Shown: positions 35,904 through 50,206, counted from the whole stretch's first letter. The stretch: 63,653 nt of DNA, filler included, from Octopus bimaculoides (GCF_001194135.2; 6 parts of 6 records of this genome joined end to end with filler, not necessarily neighbours in it); one strand, 5' to 3'. Made by a program: numbers and translations. The notes: generated by a model not told the origin, from the sequence alone.

Positions 35904-36215
35904 GCTGGGTATCCGTTGACTTTTAGTACCTTTTAAACTTGTGTTGTTTGTGTGGCCATGTCTTGTTTCGTTGTGTCTGTGCTGAATCTATGAGAATTCA
36001 GCTTTTATGTATTCAACTTTTTAAAACTGGCAGATATTTTCCAGCGACTTTCTTTTTTTCTTCTTTTATTGTTTTATTCGTTTCAGTCATTTGACTGCGG
36101 CCCTGCTGGAGCACTGCCTTGAAGGGTTTTAGTCGAACAAATCGACCCAAGGCCTTCATTTCTGAAGCCGAGTGCTTTTGCTAAACCGTTGTGTGCCGGG
36201 GATGTGAACACATCA

Positions 36216-36645
36216 ACGCTCTACGCTCCACGTTCCACGCTCTACACTCTACGCTCAACGCTTTATGCTCCGCGTTCTACGCTCCACACTCTACACTCTA
36301 CGTTCAGCGCTCAATGCTCAACGCCCTTCGCTCAGCGATCTACGCTCAACCCACCTCGCTCAATGCCCCTCACTCAACGCTTTACGCCCTCCGGGCAACG
36401 CTCTACACTCGACGTTCAACGCTCAATGCTCAACGATCAACGCCCTTCGCTCAGCGATCTACGCTCCACGCTCGACGATCTACGCTCAGCACTCCACGCC
36501 ACTCGCTCAATGCCCCTCACTCAACGCTTTACGCTCTCCGGGCTACGCTCTACGCTCTACACTCAACGCCCTCTGCTCAACACTACGCTCAACGCTCTAG
36601 TCTTTACGCCCAGCACTCTACCCTCGACTCTCAACATGCGCTCCT
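36216..36645 (+). repeat. Degenerate 7-bp satellite (ACGCTCW)n, about 60 units
   Basis: acgctct acgctcc acgttcc acgctct acactct acgctca...; begins directly after a truncated SINE. Confidence 0.9.
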
Positions 36646-37268
36646 GCTGTACCTTCTTCACCAGATATGTGGATGAGATACTCAATCTCACATTTTACAG
36701 TACTTAGTGGCAGTTTGTTCGGTTTACGCTTCCCACCGAAGTACATTGTTTGCTATGGTATCCACTTAGCTGGGCTGGGCTATTTTAGAATAAAGTGTTT
36801 TTACAATTGAACAAGCGTAGTGATGATGACAGGAAACCCGACTAGTGATCTCTCATTTTACCGACCATCCCACCCTCTCGGTTGCCTGTGTTCAAATGTC
36901 GTATACACCCAGTATGTTGTGCAAAATTGAAGAGAATCTATGCTCTGACTAGAGTAAGGTAACCATGTCGTTTAAATATGTAACCGCGACAGGAAAGGAT
37001 TCCAGTCTATGCACACACACACACACACAATGAAGCACACACACATACTGCGGCCATGCTGGGGCACCTTGAAGAAATTCTAGTCGAAAGAATCGACCCC
37101 CCCACCCCAGTATTTGTTTTCTACTACTTATTCTATCGGACACATTTACTGAACCGCTAAGTTATGGGGACGTTAACAAACCAACACCGTTTGTGAAGCG
37201 GTGATGGAGGACAAACACGGACATAAAGACACACATAGACATATAGATACGCACATACACACACACAA

Positions 37269-37319
<51 letters not shown>

Positions 37320-37504
37320 NNNNNNNNNNNNNNNNNNNNNNNNNNNNNNNNNNNNNNNNNNNNNNNNNNNNNNNNNNNNNNNNNNNNNNNNNNNNNNNNN
37401 NNNNNNNNNNNNNNNNNNNNNNNNNNNNNNNNNNNNNNNNNNNNNNNNNNNNNNNNNNNNNNNNNNNNNNNNNNNNNNNNNNNNNNNNNNNNNNNNNNNN
37501 NNNN

Positions 37505-37559
<55 letters not shown>

Positions 37560-37567
<8 letters not shown>

Positions 37568-38040
37568 TTTTTATGTATATCTTTTTAACGAATTCATGGA
37601 AGTTCAGGTTGAGAAGGAGTCGGATACTTCTAGTATCCTGCATATCTGCATTTTTCTGTGGAGCATACAGTGTTAATTCTACTAAGTTATGGTCCGACAA
37701 ATTCGTCGGTGTCACCTTAACATCATGAGCACCGCGTAATTTGTGAAACAGATGTCCAAAATATCTTTACCCCTTGTTGAGTGGAGCACTGTTTGATCCT
37801 TGGATGATAGTATGTTTATAAAGTGAAGCACAGACTTTGATTGCTTCTGTTCGTGCAGTGACATACATGAAAGAAAGCCGCCCTCAGACCATTCGAAGTT
37901 AGGGAGGTTGAAGTCTTCAAGAAGTATCTAGGCTGGTTAATATTTCTCCCAACTTTTTCAGGCTTTCTTCGAATGTGTCCCCATTATTTGGAGCATCCAG
38001 CGAGCGAAATAACCAGAAACCGCGGACCACAGATATTGCT
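37560..38040 (-). mobile_element. LINE apurinic endonuclease remnant (CR1-like)
   Basis: Frameshifted LEDFNLPNFEW...TRGKDILDICFTN...SDHNLV motifs. Confidence 0.7.
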
Positions 38041-38384
38041 TTGTGCTAAGTGGGGATGCTAGACTGAACCTGGAACCATGTGGTTCGGAAACAAATTTCN
38101 NNNNNNNNNAGGACAGTTACCACGACCACTACTACTACTACTAATAATAATAATAATCCTTTCTAATATTTTTTAAAAGGTAGTAGAAAGGATTATTATT
38201 ATTATCATTAAGGCGGCGAGCTAGCAGAATCGTTAACACGCTTAGCGGTATTTCACCCGTCGCTAAGCTCTGAGTTCAAATTCCGCCGAGTTCGACTTAA
38301 CCTTTCATCCTTTCGGGATCGATAAATTAAGTACCAGTTGAGTACTGGGTCGATGTAATCAACTTTCACCCTCCCCATCTAAAC

Positions 38385-38750
38385 CTTCTAAATATCCGCC
38401 ACAGGTTCTGATCAGTTCACTGAGTCGAAAGCCTTCGTGATGAGTACACAGGCCGCCTTGTTCTGTTCCGCTCATTTCTCCTGGATCTGATGGAGATTCA
38501 GTATCATGTCCATGGTGCATCGTCCCACAATGAGTTTCGGGCAGAATATTTCGGTTTTCTTTTCAACCTATTGAGCAACACTCATACAAAGTTGAGTGCT
38601 ACTCAACTATAGCACGCCCAACTAGAACAAGTAGAGATGTTCCTCGATAGATAATGCTTATTACTCTTCTTGAATATGGTGATGATGTTAACATCCTCTC
38701 AGTCCTGTGAAATGCCTCCAGTTTCTTGTGATTCCAGCTTTATTTCAATA
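38385..38750 (-). mobile_element. RTE LINE reverse transcriptase remnant
   Basis: EDVNIITIFKK...ILPETHCG...DMILNLHQIQEK*AEQNK...TKAFDSVN, with stops and frameshifts. Confidence 0.75.
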
Positions 38751-39505
38751 AAAATCGACCTCGTCATGGATTTGAAGTCAAAACGCAAAGAGACATAATT
38801 TGTTGCTGTTATGCAAAAGTGTCGTATGTCCAAAATGTTGCTTTTTCAGAAAACGAAATCACCGTTCCATTTCTTTTTACATTAGCAACAGTTTCAGCTT
38901 AACAATAATACTTTGTTGGGTGCATAAAATCGTAACTCCATGCATGTATGATATTTTCAGTCAGAAATACTTTTGTAAAACTGTCGTATGCGGGACTTAC
39001 GACACTTTTGAAAAATGCTAAACCGTTGTACTACACTTTGATAATTTTCATCTGAAGCAGCTGGAGAAGCGACTATTGCAAGCAAAATTAAATATTTGCA
39101 GCCTTTTCATATGTGTATATAACGCAAGTGTCCCAAGGCAAGCTCAGCGTGGACGGAAACCACACGCTGAGAAAAAGGGCAAAAGCTCGCTCGGTCTCGA
39201 TTTTCAGTACTAATACGACGACGAGGAGCTGGCGAGTACGAACGAACGAACAAGCGAGCGAGCGAGCGCGTTGTCAGCCGGAGCGTGAGGCAGAGTGCGA
39301 CAAGTTTTCAGTGCATATGTTAAATAATAATACGTTCTGACTCCAAAAGCCATTGGTGTCGACTTTGTCTTTCATCCTTTTCGGAATCAATAAAATAAGT
39401 ACCCGAAATTGCTGGTCTTGTGCCAAAATTTGAAGCCAATATAAGTGCGGTTGTCATGAACCCAACAGGTCAGAGATTAAACGTTACCAGAAATCATAGC
39501 CTCTG

Positions 39506-39675
39506 GAGCATTGCTCCGCAACCGGTATGCTGCGGCAGGATGCTACGTGTGCCGCAGTGTAATCTGAGTGTAATTTTCCCCCTACACTTTTAGTTATGTT
39601 TTTAGTTTAGGTGTGCCGCCGAATTCTGAAAAGACAATAAGTGTACCGCAAGTGAAAAAGGATTGCTGAGCACTG
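39506..39675. mobile_element. hAT-type MITE remnant
   Basis: Internal gtgtgccgc motifs and an aaaaaggattgctgagcactg end resembling Charlie-like TIRs. Confidence 0.4.
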
Positions 39676-41316
39676 CTCTAGAGGAGTTGAACTCAGTTAT
39701 AAATATGAACAAAGTTTAAAGTTTTACAGTTCTTCTGTTGTCTGTAGCGAAGGACTGTACATACTTTAAAGTGACTATTTACCGTTAGATGAACTGAGCT
39801 CTTCACAGCTAAGTGCCTTTGGCTAAAAGCAAAGAGTAAATACAATAACAGGATACAGACGGCCGATCCTGCAGTTGGTAGTCCACTCCTACCCTTGTGT
39901 CAGCTGCAGCTTTGATAAACAATCAACTACACAGAATATACATAAACCAAATGCCTGTTTCGTTAATCGTCTTCGTTGTCCGCCATTTTGAATATTATCC
40001 TTAAATTCCATTGTATAATTGCCGCGCCGTTAATATTCATCTAGCTCAATGAACGGGTGAATGGGAGCCTCATTTTAATAACTGATTCAATTGCATAACT
40101 TATTAAGCCGCTACATACAGCAGAATCTGGTCATATGAGCAGGTCTAGAAAGGACGAAGTTGCTAGTAATTTCAACGTATGTCTACATTAAGGTCAAAGC
40201 ATGAACGATACATTGCAGATAAGTCCGTCGGAGCTTTTAAACAAAATTAACAATGAACAACCAAGTTAGATTGAAATATTAAAAACAAAATACACTTCAG
40301 TAATCATATCATTGTTGTACATTCTTCAAATAAAATTCTGGATAGATTGAAGGACCCTAATTCAAAAAAAACATTTAAGTGCCTACTTTATGAAGTCTGA
40401 GTGGATATGAGAAAAGCTTTGTTCAAAGACACACACACTCACACGCGCACACACATAAATAGTCCTGCGTGTGTGTACGCGCAGGACTATGTACATGTAT
40501 ATATGTTTATATATACGTCTATATATGTATGTGCGTTTAAACTTCTATGTGTGTGTGTGTATAGATACGGATATATATATATATATATATATANNNNNNN
40601 NNNNNNNNNNNNNNNNNNNNNNNNNNNNNNNNNNNNNNNNNNNNNNNNNNNNNNNNNNNNNNNNNNNNNNNNNNNNNNNNNNNNNNNNNNNNNNNNNNNN
40701 NNNNNNNATATATATATCAGGTGGTGCTATTAAGTTAGACATGGCCTGGACCAATCTTTGGTCGAAACATATCTAAGTTTTATATATATATATATATAGG
40801 GTATTGTAGATGAGTTCAGCAAAAATTGGGATTCAAGTGAATGTGGAACTTAAGTTTTGGCACCAGAATTTAGTACGGTATTATCCATACAATTTTTGCT
40901 GAACTCAAAAATTGTGTCTGTCTATCTATCTATCTATCTATCTATCTGTGATATATATATATATGTACACACACAAACACACAATCGCTCGCGCGCGCAT
41001 GCACACATATTTATACATATATAAATATGTATATATCTATCTATTTATCTATCTATCTATACACACACATACACACACGCACGCACACACACACACACAT
41101 ACACACACACATACACACACGCATTGTACGACTGTTACTCAGATTCGAGGATGATTTTTTTTTTTAATAACGTGTAGATTACGCCTTCGTTAATCGTTTT
41201 AGATGACAATATGGTGTCTGTACGGACTCAAGTGGTCATAGGCACTCTCTCAGCTCTCCTGCTCTTGACCCAACAAAACATTGTGGAGAATGTCTGGAGA
41301 GAGAGAGACAAAGACA

Positions 41317-41353
<37 letters not shown>

Positions 41354-41469
41354 AATGGGTGGGAAGGATAAAGAGAGAGAAAGAGGGAGAGGAGAAAAGC
41401 GGAGGAACATAGAGAGGGGTACGCCATCAATCAGCTGACACTACAACGTGAAATGAAGTGCCTCGCTCA

Positions 41470-41940
41470 AGGACAAAGAGCTTAAGTCGATTAGATCGAC
41501 CCCAGTGCGTAACTGGTACTTATTTAATCGACCCCGAAAGGATTGAAAGGCAAAGTAAGTCGACCTCGGCGGAATTTGAACCCAGAACGTAAAGAGAGAA
41601 GAAATACCGCTAAGCATTTCGCCCGGCGTGCTAACGATTCTTTTCTACTCTAGGCACAAGGCCCGAAATTTGGTGGGAGGGGGACAGTCGATTAGATCGA
41701 TTCCATTACGCAACAGGTACTTATTTAATCGACCCCGAAAGGATAAAAGACGATGTCGACCTCGGCGGAATTTGAACCCAGAACGTGAAGAGAGAAGAAA
41801 TACCGCTAAGCATTTCGCCCGGCGTGCTAACGTTTCTGCTAGCTCGCCGCCTTATTCAAGTTGTAATATCAGTTCTACTTAAAGTACAAGGCGTGAAATT
41901 TTGGAGGAGGAGATCTAGTCGATTTCTTCGACCCCAGTGT
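41470..41940 (-). mobile_element. Tandem near-identical SINE family B copies
   Basis: gtcgacctcggcggaatttgaacccagaacgt.aagagagaagaaataccgctaagcatttcgcccggcgtgctaacg occurs twice about 195 bp apart. Confidence 0.85.
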
Positions 41941-41984
41941 TCAACTGGTACTTATTCTATTGACAAAGTCAACCGAGGTTGACG

Positions 41985-42598
41985 TATGCATGTATACATG
42001 TATGTATGTATGTATGTGTGTATGTATGTATGTACGAAAGTATGCATATATGTGCATGGATGCATGTATGTATGTACGTATGCATGTATGTATGTGTATG
42101 CATGTATATATGTATGTATGTATGTACGTACGTATGCATGTATGTATGTACGTATGCATGTATATATTGCATGTATGTATGGATGCATATATGCGTGTGT
42201 ACGTGTGTGATTATATATGCGTACATGTTTCTGTGCTTGTGTATATGTATATATGAGATACTTGCAGTGGCCCCTCTCACTGTCACATAAAACAGTCTTC
42301 CACAACCACTAAACGTGGGGACCCTATCACATAATATCCAGGATCAGCGCATTTGTGTCAGGTGATCCTCCGTAAATGTTGATGGCGTCTCTCTGGACGC
42401 CTTACGCCGACCAATGGCCACGAAATAAAGGGAGCGAGACGCTGTTTCCAGTCTTCGTGTTTGTATGGGGTTCTTTGTTTGTTCGCGGGGTCTTGTAGGG
42501 GGAAGGACGAATGGCGTGTGATTGAGTATGTGTGTTCGTGTGTGTGTGGATATAAGCGTGTGTCCATTTGTGTGTGTAAGGATAATAGCGTGTGTTCA

Positions 42599-42638
<40 letters not shown>

Positions 42639-43030
42639 AGCGTGTGTCCATTTGTGTGTGTGTATGTGTTCTGTATAACTGTGTTTTTGTTTACACACGA
42701 CTTGTGTATATTTGTGTGGATTCAAGGGTGTATGTCCGTGTGTATGTATATATGTACGTATGTGTGCATACATAATACACACACACATATATATATATAT
42801 ATATGTATACACACACACACACATATATACACACTTGTATAACCACAAATATACCTATAAATAAACGTGTGTGTGTATATATATATATTCACACACACTC
42901 GCGCGCATAAATATACACAACTATGTGCATTTATATGTACTGATATATATGCTAGTGTATGTAAGTATGTGAGTGTATGTGTGTGTTTGCGGATGTGGTG
43001 TTTGTGTTTATGTAGGGTGATCTTCAAGGA
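41985..43030. repeat. Compound (TATG)n/(TG)n/(CA)n microsatellite field
   Basis: Direct reading. Confidence 0.9.
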
Positions 43031-43804
43031 CACATGCCAACATGTCTAGATAGAACAAGTTAAAGCTTACAAGCTAAACGACCATCACCACCACCCACTA
43101 CGTCATCACGCCATCATCCCCGTCACCATCATCTCCCGAACCAGCCACTTTGACAGCCGACAGGAATAGAGGTATCTATCGTATGTACATTGGGATGAAA
43201 CTGTGAGAGCGAGGAGACAGAGAGTGAAACCCGAACCCGCGAAGCATAATTTCGGCTCGTAATCAGTGCTATTGGTTTTGATTAACAGCTGCGAATTTAT
43301 GTACTAAGACCACTTCACAAGAGTTGACCTGTTCTCGAGTCAAATGGGATAAGCCTGCTTTAGAAACGGATATGTTTTCATGTGCTGTCGTCTGGGTCGA
43401 TGTAAAGCAGAAAAGAAAAGAAAAGAAAGGAAAAAATTGATGAAAATTTCAGCTGTTTTTATTTTATTTTATTTATTGTTCTTTTTTTTTTCTTTGACAA
43501 TGTTTATCCTCTTCCTAGTTTGGTGTCAATATTGAAAGAAGGTCTCTGTAAAAACTGTACGATTTGTTTGACACCATCATAACAAATATACCCTCTTCTC
43601 CTACCTGTCTGAGCACACACCGTTACGTGAAGTCATCTCATACGGCGGATGTCCCGATTTATAGGGTACAAGTTAGAGCTGGTAAGTTTATGTGTCCAAT
43701 AGACTAAACTACTTTCATTCTTGAACGAAAATAAGATTAACGTACGAAAAAAGAAAGAAAAATACAAAAAACAAAAACAGTAATGAATAGTCTTTTATTA
43801 TCAT

Positions 43805-43903
43805 TAAAGCGACGAGGCCAGCAGAATCGTCAATGTGATGGGGTCGATGTAATCGACTTATCTCGTCCAACGAAATCGCTGGTCTTGTGCTAAAATTTGA
43901 AAC

Positions 43904-43972
<69 letters not shown>

Positions 43973-44790
43973 AGGCGGCGAGCTGGCAGAATCGTTAGCA
44001 CGCCGGGCAAAATGCTTAGCGGCATTTCGTCCGTCCTTNNNNNNNNNNNNNNNNNNNNNNNNNNNNNNNNNNNNNNNNNNNNNNNNNNNNNNNNNNNNNN
44101 NNNNNNNNNNNNNNNNNNNNNNNNNNNNNNCTTTCATCCTTTCGGGGTGGATAAATTAAGTACCAGTGAAACACTGGGGTCGATGTAATCGACCTACCCT
44201 TTCCCCACAAATTTCAGGCCTTGAGCCTTTAGTAGAAAGGGGACTATTATTACTATTGTTAAGGTAACGAGCTAGTAGAATCATTAACACACCGAGCAAA
44301 ATGCTTGGTGGCATTTCGTCCATCCATAGGTTCTGAGTTCAAATTCCGCCGCGGTCGACTTGGCTTTTTATTCTTTCGGGGCCGATAAAATAAGTGCCAG
44401 TCAAGCATTGGGGTCGATGTAATCGACTAACCACCTTCCCCCAAAATTTCAGGCCTTGTGCTTATAATAGAAAGGATTACGCCGGGGTTGACTTTGCCCT
44501 TCATCCTTTCGAGGTCGATAAATTAAGTACCAATGAAACACTGGGGTCGATGTAATGAACTAGTTCCCTCCCCCCAAATTTCACGCCTTGTGCCTCCACT
44601 AGAAAGGATCATTATTATCATTGGTAGGGCCGCGAACTGGTAGATTCGTTAGCGCGTCAAGCAAAATGCTTAGCGGCATTTCTTCCGTCTCTTTACGGTC
44701 TGAATACAAATTCTATCGAGGTCACGGGTCGATAAAACAAATTACCAGTCAAGTACTGAGATCGATGTAATTCACTTGTCCTCTCTCATC
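43805..44790 (+). mobile_element. Head-to-tail array of about 5 SINE family B copies separated by (ATT)n
   Basis: Heads aaggcggcgagctggcagaatcgtt at about 43805, 43971, 44260 and 44625, plus a partial copy at 44480. Confidence 0.85.
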
Positions 44791-45908
44791 AAAATCACTG
44801 GCTCTGAACCCTGCAACGGACCGACATCCTGTTCAAGGGGAATGTGGTGGTCTCTCTCATTTATACATCATGGAAACTGAACAATCAGCCTTATAAGTCT
44901 TAGAGCTCAAGAAAAAAAAAATTCTTAAAATTGTGCAGCGTATTGGTTTCAAATTTTGGCACAAGACCAGCAATTTCAAGGGAGGGGGGTAAGGTTCCCC
45001 ACCATCCCCTGCCGAAGCCCGGTGGAGCTTTAGGTGTTTTTGCTCAATAATCACCCGGTCTGGAAATCGAAACCGCGATTCTACGAAACAGCGAGTCCGC
45101 TGCCCTAACCACTGGGCCATTGCGCCTCCACAGGCCTAGTAGGGAATAGCTGTATATCAACAGCGTGGCACCATAGACGAGGAAAAAGTAGGATTTCACA
45201 CTAAAATGAAATCTCCAGGTGTACTTATTATATCCACTCATTGCATGATTCAAGAGGTAATAGTGACGAAAAAACTGGGTGGGGGGGTTCTTCTTCGAAG
45301 CTAATTGCAGTAATACAACAAGATGCGGATAGAATTATTAACTTCATTAACGATCACATTTTGAAAAGTGGTCTATTTACAAATTTGCCAAAGATCGAAT
45401 TACTACTAATGGTAAAAGATTCACCCTAATATTTCGTATCTGTAACAAAAAATTTCTAATTATTTCTCAAATTATTCAATCAAACAAAGGGCTTGGGTAT
45501 CTGGGAGTGACTAGAAAAACATTCTGAAAGACTGAAAATAGCGTTAGCTCAATTCCCAATTTTTCTAACAGCAGTCGCAACAAGAGCGATTGTGCTTTAC
45601 TTCCCAAGATCAAACTGAAATTTATACACTGCATAAATCACTTTTTCACTGTGCCTAGCAGAAGTGTGAAGGATTGTGGCCTTGTAGTTAGGGCGTTATA
45701 CTCACAATCGAAAGATCGTAGTTTCGATTGCCGGACGGTGCGTTGTGTTCTTAAGTGAACCATTTCATTTCATACATTATTTACTTTTGACGGATATTTG
45801 TCCTCATCTTGTTTGTTGTTAACAAAACGTTGCCGAACCGCTTAGTTACGGGGACGTAAACACACCAGCATCGGTTGTCAAGCGATGTTGGGGGGACAAA
45901 CACACACA

Positions 45909-45951
<43 letters not shown>

Positions 45952-46904
45952 TTTGTCGCCTTGATATTGGCCTCTCATCTGTTTTAACGACTCCCGAAAG
46001 AATGAAAGGCAAAGTGGACATCGGTGGAATTCGAACTCCGAACGTAACGNNNNNNNNNNNNNNNNNNNNNNNNNNNNNNNNNNNNNNNNNNNNNNNNNNN
46101 NNNNNNNNNNNNNNNNNNNNNNNNNNNNNNNNNNNNNNNNNNNNNNNNNNNNNNNNNNNNNNNNNNNNNNNNNNNNNNNNNNNNNNNNNNNNNNNNNNNN
46201 NNNNNNNNNNNNNNNNNNNNNNNNNNNNNNNNNNNNNNNNNNNNNNNNNNNNNNNNNNNNNNNNNNNNNNNNNNNNNNNNNNNNNNNNNNNNNNNNNNNN
46301 NNNNNNNNNNNNNNNNNNNNNNNNNNNNNNNNNNNNNNNNNNNNNNNNNNNNNNNNNNNNNNNNNNNNNNNNNNNNNNNNNNNNNNNNNNNNNNNNNNNN
46401 NNNNNNNNNNNNNNNNNNNNNNNNNNNNNNNNNNNNNNNNNNNNNNNNNNNNNNNNNNNNNNNNNNNNNNNNNNNNNNNNNNNNNNNNNNNNNNNNNNNN
46501 NNNNNNNNNNNNNNNNNNNNNNNNNNNNNNNNNNNNNNNNNNNNNNNNNNNNNNNNNNNNNNNNNNNNNNNNNNNNNNNNNNNNNNNNNNNNNNNNNNNN
46601 NNNNNNNNNNNNNNNNNNNNNNNNNNNNNNNNNNNNAACAACAACAACAACGGCAGCAGCTGCATTAGAAGCAGCGACATCACGACTACCGCCGCCGTCA
46701 CCGCCATCAGATTGCTTAAAAGGGAAAGAAAAAAAAGGAAGAGAAGCTATGCGAGATAAATACATAACAACAACAAGAACATTTATGACAATGAAAAGAA
46801 AAGAAAAGGGGGGGGGCAGCATTAGAACACGTGAAAGCGTATGGTATGAAGATAATAATAATGATGATGATGATGATGATAATGATGATGATGATGATGA
46901 TTAT

Positions 46905-47118
46905 AATCCTTTCTATTATAGGCACAAGGCCTGAAGTTTTGGGGGAGGGGGCTAGTCGATTACATCGACACCCAGAATTTCACTGGTACTTAGTTTATCG
47001 ACCCTGAAAGGATGAAAGGTAAAGCCGACCTCGGCGGAATTTGATCTCAGAACGACGGGCGAAATACCGCTAAGTATTTCGCATAACATGCTAACGATTC
47101 TGCCAGCTCGCCGCCTTA
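46905..47118 (-). mobile_element. Full-length SINE family B
   Basis: Reverse complement of the 43971 head-to-tail sequence, flanked by (GAT)n. Confidence 0.85.
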
Positions 47119-47165
<47 letters not shown>

Positions 47166-47184
47166 AATAATAATAGTAATAGTA

Positions 47185-47223
<39 letters not shown>

Positions 47224-48329
47224 GTAATAGTAATAGTAATAATAATAANNNNNNNNNNNNNNNNNNNNNNNNNNNNNNNNNNNNNNNNNNNNNNNNNNNN
47301 NNNNNNNNNNNNNNNNNNNNNNNNNNNNNNNNNNNNNNNNNNNNNNNNNNNNNNNNNNNNNNNNNNNNNNNNNNNNNNNNNNNNNNNNNNNNNNNNNNNN
47401 NNNNNNNNNNNNNNNNNNNNNNNNNNNNNNNNNNNNNNNNNNNNNNNNNNNNNNNNNNNNNNNNNNNNNNNNNNNNNNNNNNNNNNNNNNNNNNNNNNNN
47501 NNNNNNNNNNNNNNNNNNNNNNNNNNNNNNNNNNNNNNNNNNNNNNNNNNNNNNNNNNNNNNNNNNNNNNNNNNNNNNNNNNNNNNNNNNNNNNNNNNNN
47601 NNNNNNNNNNNNNNNNNNNNNNNNNNNNNNNNNNNNNNNNNNNNNNNNNNNNNNNNNNNNNNNNNNNNNNNNNNNNNNNNNNNNNNNNNNNNNNNNNNNN
47701 NNNNNNNNNNNNNNNNNNNNNNNNNNNNNNNNNNNNNNNNNNNNNNNNNNNNNNNNNNNNNNNNNNNNNNNNNNNNNNNNNNNNNNNNNNNNNNNNNNNN
47801 NNNNNNNNNNNNNNNNNNNNNNNNNNNNNNNNNNNNNNNNNNNNNNNNNNNNNNNNNNNNNNNNNNNNNNNNNNNNNNNNNNNNNNNNNNNNNNNNNNNN
47901 NNNNNNNNNNNNNNNNNNNNNNNNNNNNNNNNNNNNNNNNNNNNNNNNNNNNNNNNNNNNNNNNNNNNNNNNNNNNNNNNNNNNNNNNNNNNNNNNNNNN
48001 NNNNNNNNNNNNNNNNNNNNNNNNNNNNNNNNNNNNNNNNNNNNNNNNNNNNNNNNNNNNNNNNNNNNNNNNNNNNNNNNNNNNNNNNNNNNNNNNNNNN
48101 NNNNNNNNNNNNNNNNNNNNNNNNNNNNNNNNNNNNNNNNNNNNNNNNNNNNNNNNNNNNNNNNNNNNNNNNNNNNNNNNNNNNNNNNNNNNNNNNNNNN
48201 NNNNNNNNNNNNNNNNNNNNNNNNNNNNNNNNNNNNTAGTGATTAGACTGCGACCGTGCTTGGGCATCGCCTTGAACAATTTCTAGTCGAACGAATCAAC
48301 CGCAGTACTTATTATCATCATCATCATCA

Positions 48330-48376
<47 letters not shown>

Positions 48377-48526
48377 GAGTGAGAGAGTAGCGCATGCCAA
48401 AAATGTGACACTGGGGTACAAATATACGAAGCCCAATATACCCATCATGATTATCTCTCTGATAAGGGTACACCAGGCACATACACCACAACCATATGTG
48501 CTCTACATTATTATTAAAACGAATTA

Positions 48527-48559
<33 letters not shown>

Positions 48560-48845
48560 GAATTAATTATTATTATTATTGGGTGAGAGAGCAGTACATA
48601 CCATCAAAGTGACACTGGGGTACAATTATACGAAGCCCAATACACCCACTATCACTACCCGTCTGATAAGGGTACTCCAGGCACATGCATCACAACCATA
48701 TGTAAGCGCCATGGTGATCTCATATCAAGATTAACAGCGCATGACCTTGCAGGTGGGATCCCGTTAGAATTTCCTTCAGGTCGAGTAGCCCATTCCGCTC
48801 AAAACGTCCCCGAATAAGGTCTGTTTAAGGATGATGAACGAAACA
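48377..48845 (-). mobile_element. Two truncated copies of an (AAT)n-flanked non-coding repeat
   Basis: 48377-48505 and 48580-48845 are reverse-complement homologs of 52440-52680; each abuts (TAT)n. Confidence 0.75.
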
Positions 48846-49789
48846 GCTATGTTTCCAGATAAAATAAGTACCAGTTGAACACTGGGGTCGATGTAATCGG
48901 TTTATACCCTTTCCGAAATTGCTGACCTTGTGCCAAAATTTGAAAACTAATATGTAGGTACCAGTTGCCAGGGATGTTTGATTGTTGCTTACAATACGCA
49001 TTGTTTATGATGGAAATAGGTGAGAATTGCTGGTATCTTTTTATATATAAGATCCTACACAATATAAGATACATGTTGGCCTTGAACAAATATAAATATA
49101 AAGGAAACAAAACGATAAAAAGCCAGAAAACTAGGCAATTACAAAAAGAATCTACAGTTCCGTTTTTGAGCATTTCCTGTTGAATGAACTCTAAAAGTAC
49201 CACATGGAAATCTGCTGTTGTGGGCGAGAGAAATATATTAACTTTATCACACAGCTGAGATAAAGAAAATAATATATAAATATAAAGCTGTTAGATGAGA
49301 AAGAAGTTTAGACCAGCGTTAACCGAGGCCTGCACCTATCCGTGTAGAACTAGTTGTGACCTTCCTGGTTACGTCGATTCTTATCTGGTTTTGAAACGAG
49401 TACTTCTAACCTAATTCTCACTGTCTGAACTATATTGCGAACGTGTACCGAACTGATAAGCTAAAAGCGATTCAACCAAATCCCTAGTTCTCTGTTTTCT
49501 GTTTTTTCCACTGTTCATCTTTAAAACAGTAAAGCTGAAATATTAACATGGCGTTGATTGTTTAATGGGAAACGGTTTGCAGATCGTAAATATCGAGTAT
49601 TTTTCGTTAGACACACACACACACACATATGCACTTTATGCATAGAAGTGATCGCTGGCGGCTTGTTTAGATGTACAAGCAGAAAGTAAGCAACTGACAC
49701 AAAACATAGGGAACGCATTGATTTAATAAGGCATCGTATAAAGTGATAGCCCGATAAAAATATATCTATATCAGTGTGTATGCGTGCGC

Positions 49790-49845
<56 letters not shown>

Positions 49846-50168
49846 NNNNNNNNNNNNNNNNNNNNNNNNNNNNNNNNNNNNNNNNNNNNNNNNNNNNNNN
49901 NNNNNNNNNNNNNNNNNNNNNNNNNNNNNNNNNNNNNNNNNNNNNNNNNNNNNNNNNNNNNNNNNNNNNNNNNNNNNNNNNNNNNNNNNNNNNNNNNNNN
50001 NNNNNNNNNNNNNNNNNNNNNNNNNNNNNNNNNNNNNNNNNNNNNNNNNNNNNNNNNNNNNNNNNNNNNNNNNNNNNNNNNNNNNNNNNNNNNNNNNNNN
50101 NNNNNNNNNNNNNNNNNNNNNNNNNNNNNNNNNNNNNNNNNNNNNNNNNNNNNNNNNNNNNNNNNNNN

Positions 50169-50206
<38 letters not shown>

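Noticed and set aside
36189-36707. Three overlapping + strand ORFs (172, 161 and 111 aa)
   Set aside because: Produced by the stop-free 7-bp satellite.
45040-45131. tRNA gene (also 23056, 35080, 45665, 54900, 62530)
   Set aside because: A/B boxes are present but there is no complete cloverleaf, and each continues into a SINE body or is a fragment.
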